From Mobula hypostoma (taxonomy: Eukaryota), in NCBI RefSeq assembly GCF_963921235.1, contig NC_086106.1:23808001-23872000 (forward strand): 64,000 nucleotides of DNA, in the 5' to 3' direction. This document shows positions 12,201 through 24,029 of this stretch, one piece after another. The position numbers and the translations under genes are program-made. Position 1 is the first letter of the stretch; every line of letters starts with the position of its first letter. Below the pieces are notes generated by a model. That model saw only the letters and a program-made list of their open reading frames with translations, ran no database searches and was not told the origin of the DNA.

Positions 12201-12465
12201 TGATGAGCGATTATGTTTGAATGCCATATCTTATATTTGTCTTGCCGTGTTAATGTATATTTCTGAAAGTAAATGAGATAGCAGTGGCTATACATCTCAC
12301 TGCGAAATAGGAAAGAGCGGTGCGGTTACACGATTGTTGAATCTTCACAGATGAAGGCGGGGGAAACTTAAACAGGAGCGCTTGTTGGTGAGAAACCACA
12401 ATCAGAAAATAAGTGTAAAGATATATCCAGCTGCAGTGCTCAGAACAAGAATTCTACAATAAGTG

Positions 12466-12504
12466 AGTTTTTGAGCGGACATTTAGCTGGAGTACATCAC
12501 TGTG
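12466..12504 (-). other. 23-RSS of V1: CACAGTG-23 nt-TCAAAAACT
   Basis: Heptamer 12504-12498, spacer 12497-12475 (23 nt), nonamer 12474-12466. Confidence 0.95.
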
Positions 12505-12943
12505 CGGCGAAGGGCGCAGTAATAAACTGCAGAGTCGCTCATTTGCAGCTTTGAGATAGAGACATTAAATGACATTCTTCCCTTGTTCAGAGAGATTTTG
12601 AAGCGTGCTTTGGCAAAATCGGCTTTATCTCCAGAACCATCAGAATCTTTGTACAGTATGAGACTTTGTTCTGGCCCTTGTCGGTACCAATATAAATAAT
12701 AGTAGCTCCATGTAGTATTATAAGTGCAGCTCAACGTCACAGCCTCCTCTTCAGTCTTCACTGCCCGTGACGGTGTCTGAGTGAAGGAGTTTGCACAACT
12801 CGTATCTAAAATATAATGTAAAACAAATTATATTAACGTTGTTTTTTTTTCCAATTCAAATTCGAGGAGGCTTATGAGTTGTTTGCTGCGCACAAACCAA
12901 TTAACAGTGCTCCACACAAAATCCAGCTGACGAACCAGAACAT
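12505..12943 (-). CDS. TRAV/DV: TCR V gene V1 (alpha/delta type): leader 12943-12898, intron 92 nt, V exon 12805-12505
   Basis: Leader MFWFVSWILCGALLI with phase-1 G|gtttgt and acceptor tttag. V exon ...VTLSC..YWYRQ..ARF..DSAVYYCALR is open and followed by a 23-RSS. Confidence 0.92.
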
Positions 12944-13080
12944 CTCTCTCAGAAAGGATGGGATAAGTGACTTTCTCCTCAACGGATTTTTGTTCGCCGT
13001 CAAGAAGTTCCGATTCTACTGCTTAAGTGGAGGTCAATTTGATATAATAAGCAGGCAATGGAAACACCCAAGGGAATGTG

Positions 13081-13120
13081 GCCTCTTGATACATGCTCCG
13101 CCTATTTCCCCAGATGTCAC
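13081..13120 (-). promoter_or_regulatory. Putative V1 promoter element (29-bp block shared with V2, plus GTGACATC CRE/decamer-like motif)
   Basis: 13081-13109 is the exact reverse complement of 22292-22320 and lies ~140 nt upstream of the ATG. Confidence 0.5.
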
Positions 13121-14285
13121 CAGGGCCATGCACCACAAGGAAAAGCGTCAGTCATTTTTTTATATATATATATATACCACCAGAACTTGGCATTAACCGA
13201 GTCAGAAGAACACATTCTAAGTCGTTACATACAGAAAAAAGGATTTTATTGAGAAGATTCAGAGAGAAATAAATGAGTCGGAGTCGGAGTAGGATTCGCA
13301 GAATGTGTGTGTGTGTGTGGAAGTGTCTGCGTATGTTGTGTGCGTCTGCATGTGGGAGAGAGAGAGAGTGGGAGAAACAGACACTGATAGATAGTCTGAA
13401 AGTCTGAAAATGTGTGTGGAAAGCAAGAGAAAGAAGACAGAATATTTTGTTGTGCCAAACACCATATGGTGATATTATACTGGTTAGAAGCAGGCAGGGA
13501 AAGAGAAATAGAAAAGTACATTTTCGAAGAACTGGCATTTGACTGACCAGAGTTCCTACACAGATTTACCAACATCGCATCAGATAATATAAACATTAGC
13601 TTCATCATGATAGCGACTCCCTCAAGTAAATCAGATGTTTCAGAATAGGTGACGAAATCTCCTTATCCCTGTTGACCCTTTCCCGGGCTGAGACAGCACT
13701 CTGATGACATCGAACTGCAACCATAGAATTTGACATTTTCCGTGGTACAGTCGATCGACATGCAAAAGAATGCATGGTGGGAATTCTAAAAGTGAGCTTC
13801 TTGCCGACTTTCAGCAAAACACCGATAACTACAAAGACGAATCTCAGACGGATGTCCGTTCCTGAAACGTATGAATTAGAGCACATATCTCGGGGAGTTC
13901 AAAGTGACAAAGAATGCTAAAATAAATCGACCACGTCACTCAGGAACTGCAGTTCTGTACGATAGAGCTATTGTCCCGTATTATAGTATATATTTATATC
14001 TGTTTCTCGGTTTCTATCCTTTCGCACTTTCAGTTGCTCCTTCATTCTCGGCACATTGGTCTCTGTCTCTCTAAAAGCGTGCGCACGTGTGTGTGAGTTT
14101 GTTTGTGTGTGTGCTCATATTTTGCCATTCGTCATTCGCTGTGTCTTTGATGTTCAAGTGCAAATTCATGTGCAGCAACACCCAGGGCAGCGTTTTGGGC
14201 CTACTTGCCACAATTGGTTGGCTGCGATGGCGTGCAGATATATGGTGCAGTACCATAGAGGGGCCAGTGAAATATTTACATGTAA

Positions 14286-15324
14286 TAGAAACATAGAAAC
14301 ATAGAAAATAGGTGCAGGAGTAGGCCATTCGGCCCTTCGAGCCTGCACCGCCATTTATTATGATCACGGCTGATCATCCAACTCAGAACCCCGGCCCAGC
14401 CTTCCCTCCATACCCCCTGACCCCCGTAGCCACAAGGGCCATATCTAACTCCCTCTTAAGTATAGCCAATGAACTGGCCTCAACAGTTTCCTGTGGCAGA
14501 GACTTCCACAGATTCACCACTCTCTGTGTGAAGAAGTTTTTCCTAATCTCGGTCCTAAAAGGCTTCCCCTCTATCCTCAAACTGTGATCCCTCGTTCTGT
14601 ACTTCCCCAACATCGGGAACAATCTTCCTGCATCTAGCCTGTCCAATCCCTTTAGGATCTTATACGTTTCAATCAGATCCCCCCTCAATCTTCTAAATTC
14701 CAAAGAGTACAAGCCCAATTCATCCAGTCTTTCTTCATATGAAATTCCCGCCATCCCAGGAATCAATCTGGTGAACCTTCTTTGTACTCCCTCTATGGCA
14801 AGGATGTCTTTCCTCAGATTAGGGGACCAAAACTGCACAGAATACTCCAGGTGTGGTCTCAGCAAGGCCTTGTACAACTGCAGTAGTACGTCCCTGCTCC
14901 TGTACTCGAATCCTCTCGCTATAAATGCCAGCATACCATTCGCCTTTTTCACCGCCTGCTGTACCTGCATGCCCACTTTCAATGACTGGTGTATAATGAC
15001 ACCCAGGTCTCTTTGCACCTCCCCTCTTCCTAATCGGCCACCATTCAGATAATAATCTGTTTTCCTATTTTTGCCACCGAAGTGGATAACTTCACATTTA
15101 TCCACATTAAATTGCTTCTGCCATGAATTTGCCCACTCACCCAACCTATCCAAGTCACCCAGCATCCTCTTAGCATCCTCCTCACTGCTAACACTGCCAC
15201 CCAGCTTCGTGTCATCCGCAAACTTGGAGATGCTGCATTTAATTCCCTCATCCAAGTCATTAATATATATTGTAAACAACTGGGGTCCCAGCACTGAGCC
15301 TTGCGGTACCCCACTAGTCACCGC
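14286..15324 (-). mobile_element. Young CR1, 5'-truncated (~1 kb)
   Basis: Open RT C-terminus (14383-15321) near-identical to copy B, with the same 3' tail. Confidence 0.95.
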
Positions 15325-15480
15325 TAGTCACATTAGAAAGGTACATCGAGTTAAAAAAAAAGAGAGCTATGCGGTAGGTAAATGATAAGGACTTTCCAAA
15401 ATACATATGGTCAGCACAATATTGCGGCCGAAACGCCCATAACGTGCTTTTGATTTATATCAACCAACACACATAAATAT

Positions 15481-16965
15481 TGCTAGTGAACGCAGCAGGA
15501 CAGGCAGTATCTGCAGGAAGATGTAGAGTTACCTTCGGGCCGAGACATTTCGTCACGACTAACTTGAACGAAGAGATTTGAAAGTGGGAGAGGGAGGGGA
15601 GATCTGATTGATTGGAGAAGTCAGAAAGGAGAGGGGTGGAGCAGGGAGCTGGAAAGTTTATTGATAAAAGTGTATGACAGTGTCGTGGGACGGGAGGCCG
15701 AGGGAGAAAGAAAAGGGAGACGGGGAAGTCCAGAGGATGGGCAAGGAGCATACTGAGAGGGACAGATGGAGAAAAAGGAAAAAAAGAGAAACAGAGAGCG
15801 CNNNNNNNNNNNNNNNNNNNNNNNNNNNNNNNNNNNNNNNNNNNNNNNNNNNNNNNNNNNNNNNNNNNNNNNNNNNNNNNNNNNNNNNNNNNNNNNNNNN
15901 NNNNNNNNNNNNNNNNNNNNNNNNNNNNNNNNNNNNNNNNNNNNNNNNNNNNNNNNNNNNNNNNNNNNNNNNNNNNNNNNNNNNNNNNNNNNNNNNNNNN
16001 NNNNNNNNNNNNNNNNNNNNNNNNNNNNNNNNNNNNNNNNNNNNNNNNNNNNNNNNNNNNNNNNNNNNNNNNNNNNNNNNNNNNNNNNNNNNNNNNNNNN
16101 NNNGACAGAGCATGGGTGTTCAGCGAAGCCGTCCCACAGCCTGCGTTATGTCTCGCCAATATATAAAAGACCGCATCGGGAGCAGCGAACGCAGTATATC
16201 ACACCAGCTGACTAACAGGTGAAGTGTCACCTCACCTGTAAGGATTGTCTGGGGCCTGAATGCTGGTGAGGGAGGAAGTATCAGGGCACGTGTAGCACTT
16301 GTTCCGCTTACAAGGATAAGTGCCAGGAGGGAGACCGGTGGGGAGGGATGGGCGTGGGGGACGAATGGACAAGGGAATCGTGCAGGGAGCGATCCCCACG
16401 GAAAGTAGAGAGAGGTGAAGGGAAGATGTGATTAGTGGTGGAGTTCCGTTGGAGGTGGCGGAAGTTACCGAGAATTATATGTTGGACCCGGAGACTAGTA
16501 AGGTGGTAGGTGAGGACAAGCGGAACCATATATCTAGTGGAGTGGTGGTAATGGGGTTGGAGAAGATGTGCGTGAAATGGGAAAGATGCGTTTGAGAGAA
16601 GAACTGATGGTGCAGGAAGGGATGCCCCCCCCCCTTTTTTTTTTAGGAGGATATCTCTTCCGTCCTGGAATGAAAAGCCTTATACTGAGAGCAGATGCAG
16701 CGGAGACGGAGGGATTGCGAGAAGGGGATGGCATTTTTACAAGAGACAGGGTGAGAAGAGGAATAGTCCTGATAGCTGTGAGACTCCGTAGGTTTATAGT
16801 GGAGAGCAGTATATAAGCTGTCTCCAGAGACAGAGACAGAAAGATCCAGAAGGGGGAGGTAGGAGTCGGAAATGGACCAGGTAAACTTGAGGGCAGGGTG
16901 AAAGTAGAAGGCAAAGTTAATAAAGTCAACGATCTTAGCATGCGTGCAGGAAGCAGCGCCAGTGC
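15481..16965 (-). mobile_element. Penelope-like element remnant (RT C-terminus plus GIY-YIG endonuclease), spanning a gap
   Basis: Minus strand at ~16110-16230 reads VIYCVRCSRCGLLYIGET*RRL..GFAEH (GIY-YIG). PLVLTYHLTSLRVQHII..FRHLQ also present, with a PLE-type terminus near 15500-15560. Confidence 0.82.
15802..16103. other. Assembly gap
   Basis: Run of N. Confidence 1.
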
Positions 16966-17149
16966 AGTCTTTCCAGATAGCTGTGAGAGTCCGTATGTTC
17001 TATGTACTAATACTGCTGGAAATTCAAAGTGCAGAGTGAGTAATTCAGATTAAAGTTGTTGTTTATATGTAATTTTCGGGGGGAGAGATGGCTGAGCACG
17101 ATTGTAGATAAGCAGTAAAAAATATTATATCTCGATAGAGTTCTATTTA

Positions 17150-17780
17150 CATAAGTCCATGAGGCATAGGGGCAGAATTAAGTGACTTCGCTTTTCGGAA
17201 CTGATCCGTCAGACCACAATGGCTCATTTATAATTCTCTAAGCTCGTTAAGCTACCTACTCCAGGTAAACATTGTGGGTCTTACTAATTAATAAACTATC
17301 AACCTTTGCTTAAATAATGTATGCACAAAGACTTGGCCTCTGAGCCGCGCATGGCAACGAATTCCACAGGTTGATCACCATGCAGCTGAAGAAGTACCAT
17401 CTAATATCTGTTCTAAATGGACGTCCTTCTATCCTGAGACTGTGCCCACGATATTGAAGCATCCTTCTACACCTACTCTCTCTGTGCTATTGAATTAGAT
17501 ATATCTCCACGGTCCCCCGCCTATTTCTGCTACTCCAGCGATTCAGATCTAATCCCTCTAAAGCTGCTCGTAAAGTAACTGACACATTGCAGGAATCACA
17601 CTCCTGTACATTTTCTCGAACTTCTCCAATTCCAGCTCATTCATGATTTGATAAAAGACGTAAAACTCTAGGTTCAGTCTGACAGAAGTCTTATAAATTA
17701 TCGTCCTTCCGAAATGAATGCTAATATAGCATTCATTTTCCCTAATACAAACTCAATCATTTTGCTTTCTCTCTGTAGTA
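17150..17780 (-). mobile_element. Very old CR1 3' remnant
   Basis: gaattccacagg...gtccttctatcctgagactgtg resembles the 3' region of other CR1 copies here. Confidence 0.55.
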
Positions 17781-18449
17781 TAGCGAGAATCTGTTCACAT
17801 TTCTACAGACACAGCGAAGAGTGTTTGGAGTGATGGCATCACCAACTCGTAGGGAGGCACTAATTTACAGATTGTGAAAAAGGTGGAGAGAGCTGTTCAC
17901 ATAGACAACTACATCATGGATATTGTGGGGGCATTTAATCGTGTTATTCCTATGCCACTCAGTTAGCCACTCCCACATGGGATTTGTTCACATACTGTAC
18001 AAGCATGTCAGTGAACAAATGTCATTTGAGTGTGCAATATGCTGGTGACCTGGTGTACATGCAACCACCCCTCACGACAAACACAACATGGTGTTAGAGA
18101 TGTTTGATCATTGATGCATCAGAACAAGTGAGATATCCAACGAGGATGTGTAGGTTGTTCCTGTAGATCTATTTATATGAAAAATATCCAAATTAATCTA
18201 TGCACGATCAGGCTTCAGCTGAATGAAGGACAGTTTCGTTTATAACATTAACGCCTTCAAGTAGCAGCGAAAAGTGGATCATTGTTATAATCTGTGCGCA
18301 CTAGAGTATGGAAGTGCACAGAGATACAAACACAGCAGAGAAGTCAGAGATATCAGACGAACCGTTGGAAAGCAAAAAAAAAAAGACTTGCAGTCTAAAT
18401 AAACAAAATAATATACAACCAACCAAGCAGGAATATTTCGCAGGAAAAC

Positions 18450-19670
18450 AAAATGTAATATACGGGAAGACAAACTTCAACTCCAGCAAACATGAACCAC
18501 ATGCGGGTGTAAATCGGTTCAGTTCAGAACTGTATGTCCTAAGAGACAGCTGTGCATGTATAAATCTGGGCGATGAGCTCACTGGAGACAGAATTGTTGT
18601 CCGGCTGCTGGGCACCAACTTGTCAGAGACACTTATGCTGCAGGTGAAATTTTTACCAGATATTAATATTACCATGGCCAGGCAGAGTTAAAATTATCGT
18701 TAGCAACTCGCAGAACACTGGCAGGAAAAAAAAAATACCGAGGTAAAGCAAGAAGCTGCCGAAAAAGGATGAGTCACCAGATACGTGCAGTCAGAATGTC
18801 TGCAGAAAGAGATGACAGTAGAACGAAGCGAGAAAAAGAAAAAAAAGTGAATCTAAGGATATTTAAAATTATCATCAGTAGGAGAAGGGGCAATTGTTCA
18901 TTCCAAGTCAAAAGCTCTGTTCAACAAATAACATACATCTCCAACCAAGTCATTGATTTCTCAATTATAGAAGTGAGCGTCACTCAGAAGCAATTCTTCG
19001 GAATGTCAACGAAGCCCTTGGTTCAGACGAAGAGAGAATTTTATTTGAGACTCAGACTCAAATAGACAACGGTGGTGAACTAGGTTTTGTTGCATAATAA
19101 GCCAGTGACGTTCAAAATGGGCGCTGGGACAGATATCACATCCATCCCCGACATGTTACTCACAGTCTGGTAAGGAATACTGGCATCACGCTCAGCCAAA
19201 CAATAATAGTCCTCATGGGGCGAGGGAGAAATGTCACCTCAATGTGGAAGCAATGTTCACTACTTCCAGACCTGAAAATGAGAAACAACAACAATAGGAT
19301 GATTATTTTATTCGGAATCTGTTTTAAAAATACTGAGAGTCCATGCCATTGAGAAGCTGAATCTAATCGGAAGGAATAATTCGCTGATGAACGTGCAGTG
19401 ACAAGAAACGAGCCCGGTGTGGTGCACATGCATGGGGGTATTGAAGAAAGGCGACGTTATACAAGTGACGCTAGGCATAAGGCCATTATCTCTGACTATA
19501 GCGAGGTGCACACCAGCCGTATTGATGAACTAATTTAAATTTAAACGTGAGATCATTGGTTAGCTTGAAATAATATTTAGAGTGAATGAACCGACTGATT
19601 GGTGTACGGGCGTTGTTCCCTGTCCAACGCCAGATAGCATAGTGAGGATCTATGTTGATTAACCATGTTT
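18450..19670 (+). mobile_element. Decayed Ty3/Gypsy gag-pol fragment
   Basis: LGDELTGDRIVVRL..LSETL...ITMARQS (gag), FKMGAGTDITSIP (degenerate D-T-G protease) and VNEPTDWCTGVVP...VRIYVD (RT N-terminus). Confidence 0.75.
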
Positions 19671-19815
19671 GTGAAATGTAGCTTTGATTTTTCTTCTAGA
19701 CTACTACAGTTTATTTACTTTGCCCATTTTGATAATAATATGAAGACGTATAGGAACTGTTGCTGTGTGTCGTTTTTCTGAGCTCCTCAATATCTGCCGC
19801 TGTGTGGGTCCTGTG
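19626..19815 (+). repeat. Direct repeat copy 1 (~190 bp), partner at 21495-21683
   Basis: aacgccagata...cttctagactactacagtttatttactttgcccattt...gggtcctgtg occurs twice. Confidence 0.9.
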
Positions 19816-21484
19816 GAGGCATCCGTTATTTTCGCGAGACCATAGATCTGCGCCTGGAAAGTCCCGCTTCAGTCTGTGTTAGATCAGCGTCTATTGTGTT
19901 TGTAGATGCCCATACGAGAGCGACAGCCTCGGCTGCAGCCACTGCATTTGAAGGCACTGTCCTCCATTGTTGTCTTGGTGCTGTTATTTATTTTTTTTTA
20001 CCGACGAGTGCGCTTTTCTTCAGCAGCAAGCCATTAGCTTCTTTCTCCTCTTTTTAGACCTCTGCGTACTTCCAGCCTCCAGTGAGAGCGATCGCTTGCG
20101 ATGTCATCCCGCCGGTCGACTTTGATTTTCATTGACTTCATGTCTCTCTTGCAAACGTCTTTGAAACGAAGATGGGGTCGCCCTTGTGCTCTCTTTCCGG
20201 AGGCCAATTTCCCGTACAGCAGATCTTTCGGGATCCTCCTGTCTGACATGCGGTGTACATGGCCCAGTCGGCGGAGACGGCGTAGTTGGAGCGGGGTGAA
20301 GAGACTGGGTATCTGGGTGCGGTCTAGGACGTCATTGTTGGTGACTCGGTCAGTCCACGTGGTGTCCAGGGTGCGTCTCAGGCTGCGAAGCTGGAAGGCG
20401 TTGAGACGCCGCTCTTGTCTGTAATTGAGGCTCCTGGTCTGGCTGCCGTAAAGTGGTGTGAGGAGGACGCAGGACCAGTGGACTGCAACCTTGGTGTGCG
20501 TCGTCATCTTTCTGTTCTCCCAGACTCTCTTTGTCAGCCTGGCGAATGTTGAGGCTGCTTGAACTATCCGCTTGTTGATCTCGGGGTCTGAGGAGAGGCT
20601 GTCCGTGATGGTGGAGCCAAGGTAGGTAAACTCGGGAACTAACTCCAGCTCGTAGTTGTTGATGGTAATGGCAGGAGGTACTCAACGACTTGGCCCAACA
20701 CGTTGGTCTTCTTCAGGGTGATGGTCAAGCTGAAGTCCTAGCAGGCTCTTGGGAAGCTGTCCGTGAGGCGTTGCAGTTGCTCGTCAGAGTTTATTGCCAG
20801 TGCCGCGTCGTCTGCAAACAGCATGTCCCTGATGAGTACTTCATGAACCTTCGTTTTTGCCCTCAGCCGGGACAGACTGATCGGCTTCCGGTCCGATCTG
20901 GTGTGGAGGTAGACACCATCAGTTGATGTTCCAAAGGCGTGCTTCAGCATGACTGCGAAGAAGATGCCAAAAAGTCTGGGGGCAAGCACACAGCCCTACT
21001 TCACACCGCTGAGGATGCTGAAATCCTATGAACTAAACGACGCCCTTCATGTCTGTGTGGAATGGCTGAACTATCCTGAGGAGCCTCGGGGGTCAACCAG
21101 TCCTGGCAAGGATTTTGAACATGCAGTCTCTGCTCACAAGGTTGAAAGCCTTCGTAAGGTGAATGAAAGATACGTAGAGTGTTTGTCTTTGCTCTCTGCA
21201 TTTCTCTTATAGCTGTCGAAGGGAGAAGATCATGTCGATTATGGAGCGTTCTGACCTGAAACCGCACTGAGTGTCGGGATATACCCTTTCGGCCATCTTC
21301 TGCAGTCTGTTCAGGACCACGCGGTGAACACCATCGCAACGACGCTCAGCAAGGAGATTCCCCTGTAGTTGTTACAGTCACTTCTGTCCCCATTGTTCTT
21401 ATATAGAGTGAAAATGTTGCAGTCTCTAATGTCTTGCAGCACTGCTCCCTCTATCCGGCACTGGCACAGTAGCTCGTGCAGGTG
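19816..21484 (-). mobile_element. RTE-clade LINE, 5'-truncated and frameshifted
   Basis: RT and C-terminal peptides LAPRLFGIFF..MLFADDAAL and RRLRRLGHVHRM...IPKDLLYG..RAQGRP..RFKDVCKRD are typical of RTE ORFs. 3' end ...cggatgcc at 19818. Confidence 0.9.
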
Positions 21485-21494
21485 AAATGTAGAT

Positions 21495-21683
21495 AACGCC
21501 AGATAACACAGTGAGGACCTATGTTCATTAACCAAGTCTATGAAATGTAGCTTTGGTTTGCTTCTAGACTACTACAGTTTATTTACTTTGCCCATTTGGA
21601 AACTAATATGAAGACGTATAGGGACTGTTTTTATGGGTCTTTTTTCTGAGCTCCTGCATATCTGCCGCATTGTGGGTCCTGTG
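21495..21683 (+). repeat. Direct repeat copy 2 (~189 bp)
   Basis: Aligns colinearly with 19626-19815. Confidence 0.9.
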
Positions 21684-22291
21684 ACAGATCTATATGGCGG
21701 TTTCCTGCACGTGGTCCGGTTATGCCTACATACCAAAGATGTACTGATTAGAGTGGGTAGATCATAGCTACGACAGGATGTCAGGGGAAAATTGATTGGT
21801 CTGGCAGGTGTCTCAGGTTAATTTTCGCTGATTTGTTTTGATTCAAGCGATGCAATTCCATGCATATTTAAATAGATCGATGTATATTGGCAAATACTAT
21901 TATGTCTATGCATGTATGTATTTACTTATCAACTAACGGTGCGTCTGCCTATCCAACTGCTTTTCATATTTGATCATCTTGCTCAGGTGGAAGATAGCTT
22001 CATTAATCGGGGCGAATAGCCCATTGAGAGAACAACTCCTCATGGTTATCACAATTACCGACGCAAGACACCATCTCCCTGCACATAAACCACCCCCCCC
22101 CTGTCACACAGCTATCCCTAATCCGTCTCTTTTATTCTCTCTCAATCTTCTCAATAAAACCTTTTCTCTGTAAGTACCAAGTTAACCAGTCTTCTCGTGC
22201 TCCTCGGTTAATAGCAGGTTCTCGTGGTATATATATATATATAAGACTGTAACGCTCTTTCCTTGAGGTACATGGACCCTGTCACCTCTGA

Positions 22292-22320
22292 GGAAATAGG
22301 CGGAGCATGTATCAAGAGGC
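22292..22320 (+). promoter_or_regulatory. Putative V2 promoter element GGAAATAGGCGGAGCATGTATCAAGAGGC
   Basis: Identical 29-mer lies upstream of V1, ~140 nt before the ATG. Confidence 0.5.
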
Positions 22321-22460
22321 TTCGTTCCCATTGAGTGTTTTCTATTTCCTGTCCATTATTTCAAATGCACCACTAAACAGAGAACCAGAACTTCCTGAAT
22401 CTTGTCGACAACTTGTTGAGGAGAAAATCACTCAACCTATCCTTTATTTAAAAAAAAAGG

Positions 22461-22913
22461 ATGTGGAGGACCGTCTTCTGGATTCTGTGTGGAGCCTGGT
22501 TAACTGGTTTGTGAGCAGCAGAAAATTCATGAGCTTTCTGGAAACTGGAGTCTGATTAAAAAAAAAAACGTCAACATAACATTTCATTTTTTGCCATTCT
22601 TTTCAGATACGAGTCATGGAAACTCTGTCACTCAGACACTGCCACTAGCAGTGAAGACAAGCGAAGGGGCTGTGACTTTGAGCTGCACCTATGATACTAG
22701 ATGGAGCATCTATCATTTATATTGGTACCGACAAAGACCAGAGCAAAGTCTCGAGTACATACTGTACAAGCATTCTGGTAGATCTGAAGATAAAGCCGAT
22801 CTTGCCAAAAAGCGCTTCATGGTCTATCTGGAAGAGGCAAAAAAAATCATTCATGTCACCATCTCAGATCTCCAAATAAGCGACTCTGCAGTTTATTACT
22901 GCGCCATAAGCCG
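22461..22913 (+). CDS. TRAV/DV: TCR V gene V2 (alpha/delta type): leader 22461-22506, intron 100 nt, V exon 22607-22913
   Basis: Leader MWRTVFWILCGAWLT with phase-1 donor. Exon NSVTQ..VTLSC..YWYRQ..RF..DSAVYYCAISR is open and followed by a 23-RSS. Confidence 0.93.
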
Positions 22914-22952
22914 CACAGTGATGTATTTTAGTTAAACGCTAGTACAAAAAAT
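22914..22952 (+). other. 23-RSS of V2: CACAGTG-23 nt-ACAAAAAAT
   Basis: Heptamer 22914-22920, spacer 22921-22943, nonamer 22944-22952. Confidence 0.95.
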
Positions 22953-23490
22953 CACTTACTTTAGAACCGATACTTTGAGCGCAACAGCTGGATATATTTG
23001 TAGACTCTTCTCTGATTGTGGTTCCCCGCCACCAAGAGTACATGTTCACGTTTCCCATGCATTTGTCTGAGAAGATTGATCTATGGTATAACCACACCAC
23101 ACTTTCTGTGTGTGTGTGTGTGTGTGTGTTTGTGTGCAGTATGACAGAGGAATACTGTGTACATGCGTATACTTGTTTTGGAATGTATGGAAAGAAAGAC
23201 AAGTCCCATGGACGTTTTCATTCCGCTGAACTTTTGGTGCAGAAATGAGTGACAGTCTGGGTCTGTTGACCTCCCTCCCTCTTCCATTGTGTCTGTTGAT
23301 CTCTCTGTCGCTGACTCCCGTTATCTCTCTCTCTCTCCTCGCGCCCCGACTTTCTAACTGTATCCTCTACCACTACCAACTAATTAATCTCTACCTCGCT
23401 TCAGCAGCTAAACTATTTTCAGCCGCCAATCACACGTAACTTTCGACCGAACACTGACTGACTCTCTCTCTCTCCCTCTCTCTCTTTCTC

Positions 23491-23526
<36 letters not shown>

Positions 23527-24029
23527 CCACCTCCACCCCGTGAGAATTACTGTGATAGACTTCCTATGTGGAGAGAGTTAACGACCTTTGTACATCGGTA
23601 AAGCCAACCATTTTAAGGCGAGTTCCAAAGCGTGGTGGCAATTGAGATTTTTCCAGCTCCATTCTCATTGGTTTGATTTAAAATGCATGTAATTTTATGT
23701 TTCGCCTAGTTGTATTTTTTCACTATGTTAGGTACATTTGCGGGTACTATGCTCACCTTACAAAAAAATCTTGGTGTCCATACTGGCTGACGATGAAAAT
23801 AATTTCAAGGAATGAATCGGAATAACTAACGTCACAAAAAATAACAGCAGGTGTTATTTCCTTGCCTTTTCTGTCAGCCATGGAACATCCAGATGAATTC
23901 AACATAATCATTCTCTAAATCCTAATCAATTAGCTAGAACTGAGGCCTAAATGTATAATCGGATTGTCCATTTCCTTAGAAAGAACAATAAGTTCCGATC
24001 AGCCACAGTGTCACCAAAGCGCCACCTGC

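Noticed and set aside
15455-16222. ORFs spanning N runs (also near 39.4, 40.4 and 47.8 kb)
   Set aside because: Artefacts of assembly gaps.
21690-21790. Possible V-SINE-like fragment
   Set aside because: Too degenerate to support by eye.
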